A DNA stretch of 64,000 bases, from NCBI GenBank assembly GCA_030700255.1, contig JAUYJN010000043.1, positions 16,785 to 80,784 on the forward strand, read 5' to 3'. Below are positions 16,113 through 24,985 of the stretch, piece after piece. The notes beneath the pieces are model-generated. The model saw only the letters and a list, made by a program, of their open reading frames with translations. It did no database searches and was not told the origin of the DNA. Within the stretch, counting starts at the first letter, position 1. Every line of letters starts with the position of its first letter. This DNA is from Candidatus Peregrinibacteria bacterium (GTDB taxonomy: Bacteria > Patescibacteriota > Gracilibacteria > UBA1369 > JABINC01). A program made the translations under genes and the position numbers.

Positions 16113-17117
16113 TTAAGCCCACATAAGTTCTGCGAGATCTACAGTGCGGACTGAGTAGCCCCATTCGTTGTCGTACCATGATGCGACTTTGATGAGGTCG
16201 CCGCCCATTACTTCTGTGAGGGCTGAGTCAACTATTGAAGAATTGTTATTTCCTGTGAAATCGATTGAAACCAGTGGTCGAGTTTCTACTGCGAGAATTC
16301 CTTTGAGCTCTCCGTTTGCCGCCTTCAAAAATGCTGCATTGACTTCTTCAACCGTTGTGCTTTTCTCAACTTCAACTGTCAGGTCTACAAATGATACATC
16401 CGGTGTTGGGACGCGGACCGCGAATCCATTTAATTTACCTGCAAGGTCTGGGAGTACTAGTCCGACAGCCTTAGCAGCTCCGGTTGAAGTTGGGATCATA
16501 GACATTCCTGCGGCACGAGCTCTGCGTAAGTCTTTGTGTGGTAAGTCTAGGATCATCTGGTCATTTGTATACGAATGAATTGTCGTCATGAGCCCTCTCT
16601 TGATGCCAAATGATTCATGTAAAACTTTTGCAACCGGAGCTAGACAGTTTGTAGTACAAGAAGCGTTTGAAACAATATGATGCGTCTCTTTGTCATAAGC
16701 TTTGTCGTTTACTCCCATAACAATTGTTAAGTCGATTTCATCTTTTGCCGGAGCTGAGATTATTACTTTTTTCGCCCCTGCTGTTATATGCATTCCAGCT
16801 TTTTCACGAGTTCTAAAAACCCCTGTACATTCGATAACTATATCAACACCTAGCTCTTCCCATGGAAGATTAAGTGGGTCTCTTTCTGAAAGTGCTTTCA
16901 TTTCTTTGCCATTTACAACAATCGTATCATCTCCTTTTACTTGAATGTCAGCATCGAGTGTTCCATGTACTGAATCAAACTCTAGAAGATGTGCTAAAGC
17001 ATGGTTGTCAGTGAGGTCGTTGATAGCAACGATATCTAGCTGCTCTGAGAGTAGGTTAGCTCGAAAAACAAGTCGACCAATACGACCGAACCCATTGATT
17101 GCAACGCGTGGTTTCAT
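16113..17117 (-). CDS. gap: Type I glyceraldehyde-3-phosphate dehydrogenase (paralog 1)
   Basis: 334 aa. Contains [21 protein letters not shown] and WYDNEWGYS. Confidence 0.95.
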   Translation of the reverse strand: MKPRVAINGFGRIGRLVFRANLLSEQLDIVAINDLTDNHALAHLLEFDSVHGTLDADIQVKGDDTIVVNGKEMKALSERDPLNLPWEELGVDIVIECTGVFRTREKAGMHITAGAKKVIISAPAKDEIDLTIVMGVNDKAYDKETHHIVSNASCTTNCLAPVAKVLHESFGIKRGLMTTIHSYTNDQMILDLPHKDLRRARAAGMSMIPTSTGAAKAVGLVLPDLAGKLNGFAVRVPTPDVSFVDLTVEVEKSTTVEEVNAAFLKAANGELKGILAVETRPLVSIDFTGNNNSSIVDSALTEVMGGDLIKVASWYDNEWGYSVRTVDLAELMWA

Positions 17118-17198
17118 ACTAGAGGGAGTTAAAATGTATGTTTAATAAATCACTCCAAAACTTACCAGAGAGGGTTTAAAAATCAATGCTAAGTTTTT

Positions 17199-17480
17199 TT
17201 ATGTCATTATTATTGGCCCACATCCAAGTGCGATTCGAGCCTCTTCTATTTCATACATCAGATTGCCAAGATCATCATCGCTTAAATCATAAACTTTATC
17301 TTGATCTGTGCTACTCCCGTTTATGCAATCCGGGATTGCGCTCACTAGCATTGCTAATACTAAACCCATGGCTATTGCAAGCTGCCTTCCACTAGTTGTA
17401 TGCTCCGAGCCGTCTTGATGTTCGTTCATTGTTTCGATGTTAATAGTGTCGCAATATATACACATATTTAATTCTGTCAA
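17199..17480 (-). CDS. Hypothetical small protein (one TM-like segment)
   Basis: 93-aa ORF filling the gap between gap and tsaC. No family recognised. Confidence 0.3.
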   Translation of the reverse strand: MTELNMCIYCDTINIETMNEHQDGSEHTTSGRQLAIAMGLVLAMLVSAIPDCINGSSTDQDKVYDLSDDDLGNLMYEIEEARIALGCGPIIMT

Positions 17481-17533
17481 CTCTTGTTGTTTTATTTTCT
17501 TTATATATATTGTATGTGATTTTAAATCTATGT

Positions 17534-18106
17534 ATGGAAAAAATTGTTGAAGCTTTAAAAGCTGGGAAGATAATAGTTCACAATACAGATACTTGCCTTG
17601 GGATGGCGGTAGATATTTTAAATGAAGAGGTAATCACTTTGTTGTATAAGGTGAAGAGGATGAGTAAAGATAAGCCGGTTAGTATTTCGTGTAGCGATAT
17701 TGAGATGGCTAGTCGGTACGGACTTTTTTCTGAAAAAGCTTTGGAGCTTGCTGAGAAATGTCTGCCAGGAGCTCTGACTTTGATTGTGCCTCGTACGAAA
17801 AATTTGCCAGAGTGGATAAATCCAGGTTTAGATAGTATAGGGATAAGAATTCCTAACGATGAATTTTCTTTAAAGATGGTGTGCGACTTTGGAAACCCGG
17901 TGACCACTACAAGTTGTAATGTATCCGGAGAACAGGTGTGTTTGTCTGATTCTCAGGTGAGAGGGGTTTTTGGTAAATATGTTGATAGTGGAGAGTTAAT
18001 TGTAGCTTTTGACGGCGATACTCATCCAAAAATCTCAACTATTATAAAGGTAGTAGGTGATTCTATTGAAATTATTCGGCAGGGAGAGGTTCGGCTCGAC
18101 GTTTAA
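17534..18106 (+). CDS. tsaC: L-threonylcarbamoyladenylate synthase (TsaC/YrdC/Sua5 family)
   Basis: Contains TDTCLGMAVD, KRMSKDKPVSI, ALTLIVPR, IGIRIPN and TTSCNVSGE. The first ATG is at 17534; the track ORF starts at TTG 17510. Confidence 0.85.
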   Translation: MEKIVEALKAGKIIVHNTDTCLGMAVDILNEEVITLLYKVKRMSKDKPVSISCSDIEMASRYGLFSEKALELAEKCLPGALTLIVPRTKNLPEWINPGLDSIGIRIPNDEFSLKMVCDFGNPVTTTSCNVSGEQVCLSDSQVRGVFGKYVDSGELIVAFDGDTHPKISTIIKVVGDSIEIIRQGEVRLDV

Positions 18107-18621
18107 TTTGCAAATAGCCCCATAATTGCTCCGACTAAGCCATCGATTCCGGTAGTTAGGCTTGTGACTATAACCGCCGCCCCGAGCACCCCTAAGAATA
18201 TAAGGCCGATTGCTCTCCAGTAAGGGACTTCAAAAAGATATGCAACCAAGCATCCCGTCCATGATCCAGATCCTGGTATTGGTACTGCAACAAAAGATAC
18301 TAGAAATACAGCTCCTACGGCTAAGAATTTCGCTGAGTGCTTGGTATGAGTTTTGTCTATTACATGCTTGTAAAGTCTATCCATCCATTTGACACGACTT
18401 GTAAAAAAATCCCTTATTGGTTCTAGAAATTTAAGTACAAAGAAAACCGGTAGCATATTTCCTATTACTGCTATCCCGACAGTTGTGAGTAGTGGAAGTT
18501 TGTATGCAAGTAGGCCGACCGGTATTGCTCCTCTGAGTTCTATTACCGGAGTAATGCTTAAAATTAAAACACCAAGGTGCGGATTGATATCTTTGAAAAA
18601 TTCTGCGAGAAATTGAATCAT
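18103..18621 (-). CDS. Small multidrug-export-family membrane protein (COG2426-like)
   Basis: 172 aa, polytopic. ITPVIELRGAIPVGL is characteristic of the Sm_multidrug_ex family. Confidence 0.65.
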   Translation of the reverse strand: MIQFLAEFFKDINPHLGVLILSITPVIELRGAIPVGLLAYKLPLLTTVGIAVIGNMLPVFFVLKFLEPIRDFFTSRVKWMDRLYKHVIDKTHTKHSAKFLAVGAVFLVSFVAVPIPGSGSWTGCLVAYLFEVPYWRAIGLIFLGVLGAAVIVTSLTTGIDGLVGAIMGLFAN

Positions 18622-18837
18622 TTATAGTGTGGTCTATAGTGAAGCCAAGTTTATGTTGTTCTATTTTAAATAACAACAGATTTTTTGTGTATAAAAATAT
18701 TGCACAATTATTTGAAATACGATGCAACTAAAAAAGTGAGTTGCCAACTAAGGCTTGTGTAAGGGCGAAAGTGCGGGCTTCGCCCGCATCGTGAACACAT
18801 TTTTTGAACCCTAGTTGTACTTTTGCACATAAAGTGT

Positions 18838-18864
18838 TTGACATCGGCTGTGCAAAGCTATAAT
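18838..18864 (+). promoter_or_regulatory. Candidate sigma70-type promoter upstream of rsmH
   Basis: TTGACA (18838-18843) and TATAAT (18859-18864), but the spacer is only 15 nt. Confidence 0.35.
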
Positions 18865-18950
18865 TTTGGATACAGCACACAGTTCAAAAAAGTTATACAC
18901 GATTCGTGCACAAGTTTTGAACAGTTGTACGGTACTTATTCCCGAAAAGC

Positions 18951-19865
18951 ATGGTATCTCAGCCAAAAAATCACGTACCAGTATTACTGTCAGAGACGCT
19001 AGAATACTTGAAAATAAGGTCAAATTCCGTAATTGTAGATTGCACCCTTGGACTTGGTGGTCATAGTATGGGAATCCTCCATTCAAATGACACTGTAAAA
19101 GTTATAGGGATTGATCAAGACGCAAGTAATCTCAAGGAAGCAAAAGAGCGTCTTAAGCCATACGGAGATCGAGTGAGTTTGCACCATAGGAACTTTGAAG
19201 AGTTATATAGTGTAATCGAAGAGGAGGGATTGGTTGGAAGGATTGACGGAATACTTCTGGATCTCGGAATATGTTCTACACATATAGATAATCCGGAAAG
19301 AGGGTTTTCATTTAGACAAGAAGGTCCGCTAGATATGAGATTTGATAGGACGAAAGATTTTACAGCAGCAGATATAATAAGAGAATATTCAGCGGAAAAA
19401 CTACAAGAAACGTTCTCGAAATATGGAGAAGAGCAAGAGTCGAAGACTGTAGCTGAAGCAATAGTAGAGGCTAGAAAAAAAACTGATATACAAACGACAA
19501 CACAGTTAATTGAGATCATTGAAAATGCGAAACGGTTCAGGAAGCCAGGGAAATCAGCAGGTACAAATGTTTTCCAAGCTCTCCGTATAGAAGTAAATCA
19601 GGAGTTCAGAGTGTTAGAAAAAGCATTGGAAGATGCTATTAAGATACTTGCCCCAGGTGGTCGAATCGTTGTAATCGCATATCATTCACTTGAAGATAGG
19701 ATCGTGAAATTATGTTTTAAAAAGTATGAGGCTAAAGGAAAAAAAGATGATGAATGGAAACTTGTAAAATTCATTGTCAAAACTCCACTTAAGCCAACTG
19801 AAGAGGAGGTGCAGAGTAATCCCAGATCTAGAAGTGCGATGATGAGGGTCGTCGAAAGAGTGTAA
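18951..19865 (+). CDS. rsmH: 16S rRNA (cytosine1402-N4)-methyltransferase
   Basis: 304 aa. Contains HVPVLL.E.L, DCTLGLGGHS, LLDLGICS, ED..VK and the NPRSRSA C-terminal block. Confidence 0.92.
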   Translation: MVSQPKNHVPVLLSETLEYLKIRSNSVIVDCTLGLGGHSMGILHSNDTVKVIGIDQDASNLKEAKERLKPYGDRVSLHHRNFEELYSVIEEEGLVGRIDGILLDLGICSTHIDNPERGFSFRQEGPLDMRFDRTKDFTAADIIREYSAEKLQETFSKYGEEQESKTVAEAIVEARKKTDIQTTTQLIEIIENAKRFRKPGKSAGTNVFQALRIEVNQEFRVLEKALEDAIKILAPGGRIVVIAYHSLEDRIVKLCFKKYEAKGKKDDEWKLVKFIVKTPLKPTEEEVQSNPRSRSAMMRVVERV

Positions 19866-19924
19866 GTCCGGCTCGACTATAAAGAGCATAACAATATAAA
19901 TCTCAGAACGAGATTCAAAAACAA

Positions 19925-20245
19925 AAAGCAAAAAACAAATAGTTTTTGGGGGACCAGGATACGGAGAGGGATTCTGGTCCACCCCAAAAACGCCATCCCG
20001 CCGAAGGCGGGACTCCCTACCGCTCGTCGGCTCCTAAAACCACACCCAAGTTTTGCTCAATATTTTTTACCCCACGCAACTCGCTGCAAGCTTGAGTTGC
20101 GAAATAGGGCGCTTAAGCTCCTTATCCCCCTCAAAATGAACGTCGGCCCGTATCTACCATGAGAAAGCATCACCCATTGTCTCCGCGTCAATAACGGAGG
20201 CTCCGCTTTCACCCCACTTTCGCTCAATATTTTTCACCCATTTTT
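19925..20245. other. GC-rich structured spacer: candidate minus-strand sRNA with intrinsic terminator, or a CACCC-box regulatory region for the downstream gene
   Basis: Long hairpin at 19943-19990, followed by U-runs only on the minus strand. Further hairpins at 19997-20011 and 20076-20100. Direct repeat cacccNNNtttYgctcaatatttttYaccc at 20043-20073 and 20210-20240. The minus strand is G-rich. No ORF. Confidence 0.3.
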
Positions 20246-20247
20246 CG

Positions 20248-20643
20248 ATGACTAACGCCGCAGTCCTTGAACGTAAACAACGGAATACTATAATTGGTAA
20301 GATGTCTGAATTCCGAGCCGGTCTTCAAGACTGGAGAGCTTCTTTACGTAGTCTTAGCACTATAAGTTCAATTACTATAATAGTTATTCAAATAGCTGTT
20401 TTTTCAGTTCTTTGTTTGCTTTATTTGGCATTTTCAAACAGGTATGTAACTCAAGGATATGTTGTGAATAGACTTGAATCTGAGCGTGAACATTTGATTA
20501 TCCAAAACGAAGTTGCAAATCGTCGCGTTGAAGAATCAAAGTCATTATCTTTGATTCGTGAATTCTCAGATAAGGAGATGCTTATCGCATCAAACAGAAT
20601 TTACGTAGAAACTCGTGATACTCAGATCGCTATAGCGAGGTAG
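20248..20643 (+). CDS. FtsL-like single-pass membrane protein (position and architecture only)
   Basis: 131 aa. One TM segment (ITIIVIQIAVFSVLCLLYLAF) followed by a coiled-coil-like segment. It is downstream of rsmH, as ftsL is in dcw clusters. No sequence signature. Confidence 0.45.
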   Translation: MTNAAVLERKQRNTIIGKMSEFRAGLQDWRASLRSLSTISSITIIVIQIAVFSVLCLLYLAFSNRYVTQGYVVNRLESEREHLIIQNEVANRRVEESKSLSLIREFSDKEMLIASNRIYVETRDTQIAIAR

Positions 20644-20722
20644 TCTTAAATCTATTGAACTTCGGCGTACACTTATATATCTTGTGTGCGTTTGTGTTTT
20701 CTTTACATTTTAATTCGCTAAA

Positions 20723-21721
20723 ATGACAATTAATATTGCTATTAATGGCTATGGGCGTATAGGACGGGATCTTCATCGTCAGTTAATTGGGCACCCAAAT
20801 ATTAAGGTTAAAGCGATAAATTCCAGAGCGGATGCGGAGTCTCATGCCCATCTTCTTAAGTACGATTCTCTTTATGGTACACTTCAAGCCGATATAAGCT
20901 CGACGGAAGGTTTGTTGAAAGTAAATGGTGATGAGACGAAAGTTTTGCAAATTGAGGAACCGGTTGATCTTCCTTGGGGCGAGCTTGGGATAGATGTTGT
21001 CATAGAATCTACAGGTAAATTTACAAAAAAAGATGAAGCGGCATGTCATTTGACGGCCGGTGCCAAGCGAGTACTTATAACCGCTCCTTGCAAGGACAAA
21101 GATGTTGAAACTATTGTAATGGGTGTAAATGAAAATAGTTTTAATCCTTCTGAGGATAAAATAGTTTCAAATGCATCGTGTACTACAAACTGCCTTGCTC
21201 CGGTTATGAAGGCTTTGCACGACGCTTTCAAAGTTGAGCAGGCTTTTGTTACTACTATTCACGCACTTACTCACACTCAAAATCTTCTTGATAATTCTCA
21301 CAAGGATCCGCGTCGTGCACGCGCTACAAATTCTTCGATAATTCCGACAACGACAGGTGCTATGAAGGCTATTGGTCAAGTGATTCCGGATTTGGATGGC
21401 AAGATTGACGGTATGGCTTTCCGAGTTCCTGTGCAGACAGGGTCATGCGTTGACATAGTTGCTAAACTTTCAAAAGAAGTAACAGTTGAAGAGCTAAACG
21501 ATATGTTTAGAGCTGCGGCCAAGGCTAACCCGGAAGTGTTTGGAGTTTCCGAAGAGCCACTAGTCTCTATAGATTACAAAGGAGATACTCATTCAACTAC
21601 AGTCGATTTGCTTTCTACAAAAGTTATGAATAATGGTTTTGTAAAAATAATTGCTTGGTATGATAACGAATGGGGTTATGTTGCTAGAGTTTTGGATTTG
21701 ATAGAGTGGATCACTAAATAG
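20723..21721 (+). CDS. gap: Type I glyceraldehyde-3-phosphate dehydrogenase (paralog 2)
   Basis: 332 aa. Contains [21 protein letters not shown] and WYDNEWGY. It lies 18 nt upstream of fbp. Confidence 0.93.
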   Translation: MTINIAINGYGRIGRDLHRQLIGHPNIKVKAINSRADAESHAHLLKYDSLYGTLQADISSTEGLLKVNGDETKVLQIEEPVDLPWGELGIDVVIESTGKFTKKDEAACHLTAGAKRVLITAPCKDKDVETIVMGVNENSFNPSEDKIVSNASCTTNCLAPVMKALHDAFKVEQAFVTTIHALTHTQNLLDNSHKDPRRARATNSSIIPTTTGAMKAIGQVIPDLDGKIDGMAFRVPVQTGSCVDIVAKLSKEVTVEELNDMFRAAAKANPEVFGVSEEPLVSIDYKGDTHSTTVDLLSTKVMNNGFVKIIAWYDNEWGYVARVLDLIEWITK

Positions 21722-21739
21722 TTTGTTAATTCCCAATTT

Positions 21740-22636
21740 ATGAATTTAGAACAATACCTTGAATCAGCCGGATGTGAGAGTGGTCTTATTTCTGTTGTCC
21801 TTGATCTTGCAGAGTGTGGAAAAGGTATAATGGATGCTATCCGTACGACAGAAACCGGTGCGAAATTGCATTCTGAAAACTCTTCCGGGGAAACTCAGAT
21901 GGCACTTGATGTTGTATCGAATGATATTCTTACAAAGGCACTTGAAGCCAATGGAAACGTATCAGTTGTCGGGTCGGAAGAACTAGAAGATCTGCCTGCG
22001 TTTAGAGATAGCGGTTATGCGGTCGTTTACGATCCACTTGATGGCTCTTCACTTCTCGATGTAAATCTTGCTGTGGGGACTATTGTAGGGATATATAAAG
22101 GAACAGAAATTATTGGTCATACCGGAGAAACTCAGGTGGCATCTTTGATTTTGGTATATGGGCCTCGACTAACTATGATGTTGACTGTGAGACAAGGTAC
22201 GCATGAATTTAGACTTGAGAATGATGAGTTTGTTAGAACTAAATCTGATATAAAATTGGATTCAGATGAAAAGATGTTTTCTCCAGGGAATTTGCGTGCA
22301 GCCGCACATAATGAAGGATACAGAAATCTTGTAAATTACTGGCTTGATAACGAATACAAACTTCGATACTCAGGAGGGATGGTACCAGATATAAATCAAA
22401 TTCTACTTAAGGGATGTGGAAGTTTCATATATCCGGGATACGACGCCCAGCCAAATGGAAAGCTTCGCTTACTCTTTGAATGTGCGCCGATGGCATTACT
22501 TGTGGAACAGGCCGGTGGAAAGGCAAGTGATGGGACTATGCGTATTCTTGACTTAACAATTGATAAGATCCACCAAAGAACTCCTATCTTGATTGGGAGG
22601 ACTGAAGATGTAGATAAGGCTCTCGAGTACTTATAG
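21740..22636 (+). CDS. fbp: Class I fructose-1,6-bisphosphatase
   Basis: 298 aa. Contains VVYDPLDGSSLLDVNLAVGTIVGIY, LRYSGGMVPDINQILLKG and LRLLFECAPMALLVEQAGG. Confidence 0.9.
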   Translation: MNLEQYLESAGCESGLISVVLDLAECGKGIMDAIRTTETGAKLHSENSSGETQMALDVVSNDILTKALEANGNVSVVGSEELEDLPAFRDSGYAVVYDPLDGSSLLDVNLAVGTIVGIYKGTEIIGHTGETQVASLILVYGPRLTMMLTVRQGTHEFRLENDEFVRTKSDIKLDSDEKMFSPGNLRAAAHNEGYRNLVNYWLDNEYKLRYSGGMVPDINQILLKGCGSFIYPGYDAQPNGKLRLLFECAPMALLVEQAGGKASDGTMRILDLTIDKIHQRTPILIGRTEDVDKALEYL

Positions 22637-22714
22637 AACAAATAGGACGTTTCGCAACCCATAGTCTCTTGCAATGAATTGAGAGGTAGGTAGTATCTGC
22701 TACTGAATTAATTT

Positions 22715-24241
22715 ATGTATATGAATCCAGATGAGTGTCCTCGTGCGTATGAGTATTATGGCAAACCTCTTACCATCGCAGGTTTCAACTTAATTGATGA
22801 GGTTGGGATACTTGGCTCACTTTCATCCGGTTTTCAGTTGTCTCGTGATGAATGTATGCAGCTTTTGATTGATAAGACCGGAGACATGGTTCTCGCAGAA
22901 AGATATCTTGGTTCGACTTTGGATTATTTGTATATCCAAGGAATCTTAGATTTTAATGGTGGAAGATATAGCTTGACCTCTTCCGGTGGGGATCTTTTGT
23001 ATAATAAAAAAAACTTGAAAGAGTTGGTTGGTACTTATGGTCCGCTTTCTGCGCTCAGTGCCTATGAAAGTTTCGGAGAGGGTGAGGTTATGACGTTGCG
23101 AGATTGTAATGTGGATGTTGGTCAAATTGTTGGGAATGAATTTTTACAAGACGTTTTGGTAGTGCCTGCGATTGCGATTTTAAGAGAGGTTCGGCTTGAA
23201 CTTGAGGAGTTGAATTTGACTCAGGCGTTAGTTCAGAGGGGAAGATTTGATATGCAAGATATTGAACGAAGGGGTGAGCCGGCAAATTTACATTTTTTAT
23301 TAGATGCGCTTAAAGCTAAAGGTTTGATAACCGGTAGTGGTGGCCGAGTCATAGCGACCAAGGCTGGTATGGAGGTTTTTAAAAATCCCGGCTATGCACA
23401 ATATATATTATCTTATTATGCAACATATGGAGCACTTCCAGAGCTTGGAATCGGTCAAGTTATATACGATCAAGTAAAATGGGATCAGCCTGGATTTGTT
23501 GGGAGACATCCAGGGCATAACGCCAAAGGTTCCGGGGATATTTTAGGTTATAGAGTTTTACCTTTTATAGAAACTCTTTTTCGTGAAGATGGGGCGTTAT
23601 ATGACTATGCTTTGGAGTCCGGCTTCGATGGTTTAACTCTTGTGAGTTTTGGTCCAGGGGATGGTAAAGTTTGTAGAAGTACTGTTGGTGATACTGATGG
23701 ATGTGTACAACGTTCAGTTGGCGTGGAGTTGAGTGTTGGAGCAATTGCTCATGCGACCGCATTGGATGCAAGCGCTGGATTATCTTCCAATATCGGATAT
23801 ATTCATGGAAGTATGATTAATGAAGATGACGTGCGAAGGTTGGGTGAGATGGCGCAAAGTTCTTCTCTTGGCATTGTTGGTGAGACGTCATTTATTCCTC
23901 ATGATATTGGTCTTGCTAATACCGGTGAATTTTTACATTTGTATAGGAAGTATTTTCCCGGTAGCCCTATTATAATTAATGAATCCTTTGAGGTCCCAAT
24001 AGAAGTTATGCATAAGTGTCGATCCCATCAGCCTCCTTCATTTTGGTATTCACATAAAGTGTCCGGTCAGCAGCTCGCACCATCCCAGGTATGGAGGGAC
24101 TTATTTAGAGAATGTGGGTTTAGGGAAATGGTAGCGGCTAATGGTGATTTGGTGGGTAGGGTGCATTCTTCTATAGCAGATCGCACTATCCCAACTATTA
24201 AAACTATGGTTTTGGAACCGATTAGTGGCTTTACTTCGTAA
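22715..24241 (+). CDS. Hypothetical 508-aa protein; C-terminal half resembles a class I SAM-dependent methyltransferase fold
   Basis: LTLVSFGPGDG (motif I-like), then GVELS (acidic end of beta2) and IHGSM. The N-terminal half has no recognised family. Assigned by motif pattern only. Confidence 0.5.
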   Translation: MYMNPDECPRAYEYYGKPLTIAGFNLIDEVGILGSLSSGFQLSRDECMQLLIDKTGDMVLAERYLGSTLDYLYIQGILDFNGGRYSLTSSGGDLLYNKKNLKELVGTYGPLSALSAYESFGEGEVMTLRDCNVDVGQIVGNEFLQDVLVVPAIAILREVRLELEELNLTQALVQRGRFDMQDIERRGEPANLHFLLDALKAKGLITGSGGRVIATKAGMEVFKNPGYAQYILSYYATYGALPELGIGQVIYDQVKWDQPGFVGRHPGHNAKGSGDILGYRVLPFIETLFREDGALYDYALESGFDGLTLVSFGPGDGKVCRSTVGDTDGCVQRSVGVELSVGAIAHATALDASAGLSSNIGYIHGSMINEDDVRRLGEMAQSSSLGIVGETSFIPHDIGLANTGEFLHLYRKYFPGSPIIINESFEVPIEVMHKCRSHQPPSFWYSHKVSGQQLAPSQVWRDLFRECGFREMVAANGDLVGRVHSSIADRTIPTIKTMVLEPISGFTS

Positions 24242-24345
24242 AATCTTGTAACGATTTTGACGTTTTTTTGTTATTACACCTATGGTAGAGTTCTTTTCCG
24301 AGACTTGATTCTATTCATAGTTTTTGTATAAACTTCAAGATACTT

Positions 24346-24927
24346 ATGGCACTCAAATACAACAAAGATAAAATTGAAAAATTGGTTTTACGCAGTCAGC
24401 AAGGTGACAGCGAAGCCTTTGGTCAGATTTATGATGTATTTGTAGATGCGATTTATCGTTATGTTTATTACCGTGTAAAAAATGAAGAGGTTGAGGATTT
24501 GGTAGAGATCGTTTTTCTTAAATCTTGGGAAAATATCAATAAGTACAAAAAAGGAAAATATTCTTTTTCCGCTTGGATATTTCGTATAGCACATAATTTG
24601 GTTATAGATTATTACAGAGGTAAAGAGGCAAGGGTAGATACTCTTCAATTGGATGAAGTTCTTGAGGAGACGATTCAGTCTTATCAGCGTGAGCACAAAC
24701 CTATAGGATGTACAGAATTAAATTTGAATAATGAGATTCTTATTCGGGCACTTGGCACTTTGAAAAAAACGCATTATGACTTTATAGTACTCAAATTTAT
24801 CAATCAGCTTTCCAATGAGGAGATAGCTGAAATCTTGGGTAAAAATGAATCAGCACTTAGAGTTATGCAGTTTAGAGCTCTAAAAGAACTCAGGACTGTT
24901 TTACAAGCATTTGAATTTGACATCTGA
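24346..24927 (+). CDS. ECF-type RNA polymerase sigma factor
   Basis: 193 aa. Region 2 FGQIYDVFVDAIYRYVYYRV...SAWIFRIAHNLVIDYYR and region 4 LSNEEIAEILGKNESALRVMQFRALKELR. Confidence 0.9.
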   Translation: MALKYNKDKIEKLVLRSQQGDSEAFGQIYDVFVDAIYRYVYYRVKNEEVEDLVEIVFLKSWENINKYKKGKYSFSAWIFRIAHNLVIDYYRGKEARVDTLQLDEVLEETIQSYQREHKPIGCTELNLNNEILIRALGTLKKTHYDFIVLKFINQLSNEEIAEILGKNESALRVMQFRALKELRTVLQAFEFDI

Positions 24928-24931
24928 ATAT

Positions 24932-24957
24932 TGTAACAAAACCCTTTAATTACCGTA
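24932..24957 (+). promoter_or_regulatory. ECF-type promoter-like motif TGTAAC-N16-CGTA between the sigma and anti-sigma genes
   Basis: TGTAAC (24932-24937), 16 nt, CGTA (24954-24957). It resembles Bacillus sigX/sigW-type promoters (TGTAAC-N17-CGAC, TGAAAC-N16-CGTA). It ends 29 nt before the 24986 start codon. Confidence 0.35.
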
Positions 24958-24985
24958 TTAAATAGCGAAAACCCCTATAATATAT

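Noticed and set aside
19943-19990. T-box antiterminator (GGGUGGACCAG resembles the AGGGUGGNACCGCG box) on the minus strand
   Set aside because: The match is only partial. No specifier-loop or stem I features are present, and there is no downstream aminoacyl-tRNA synthetase or amino-acid gene on that strand (rsmH is on the opposite strand).
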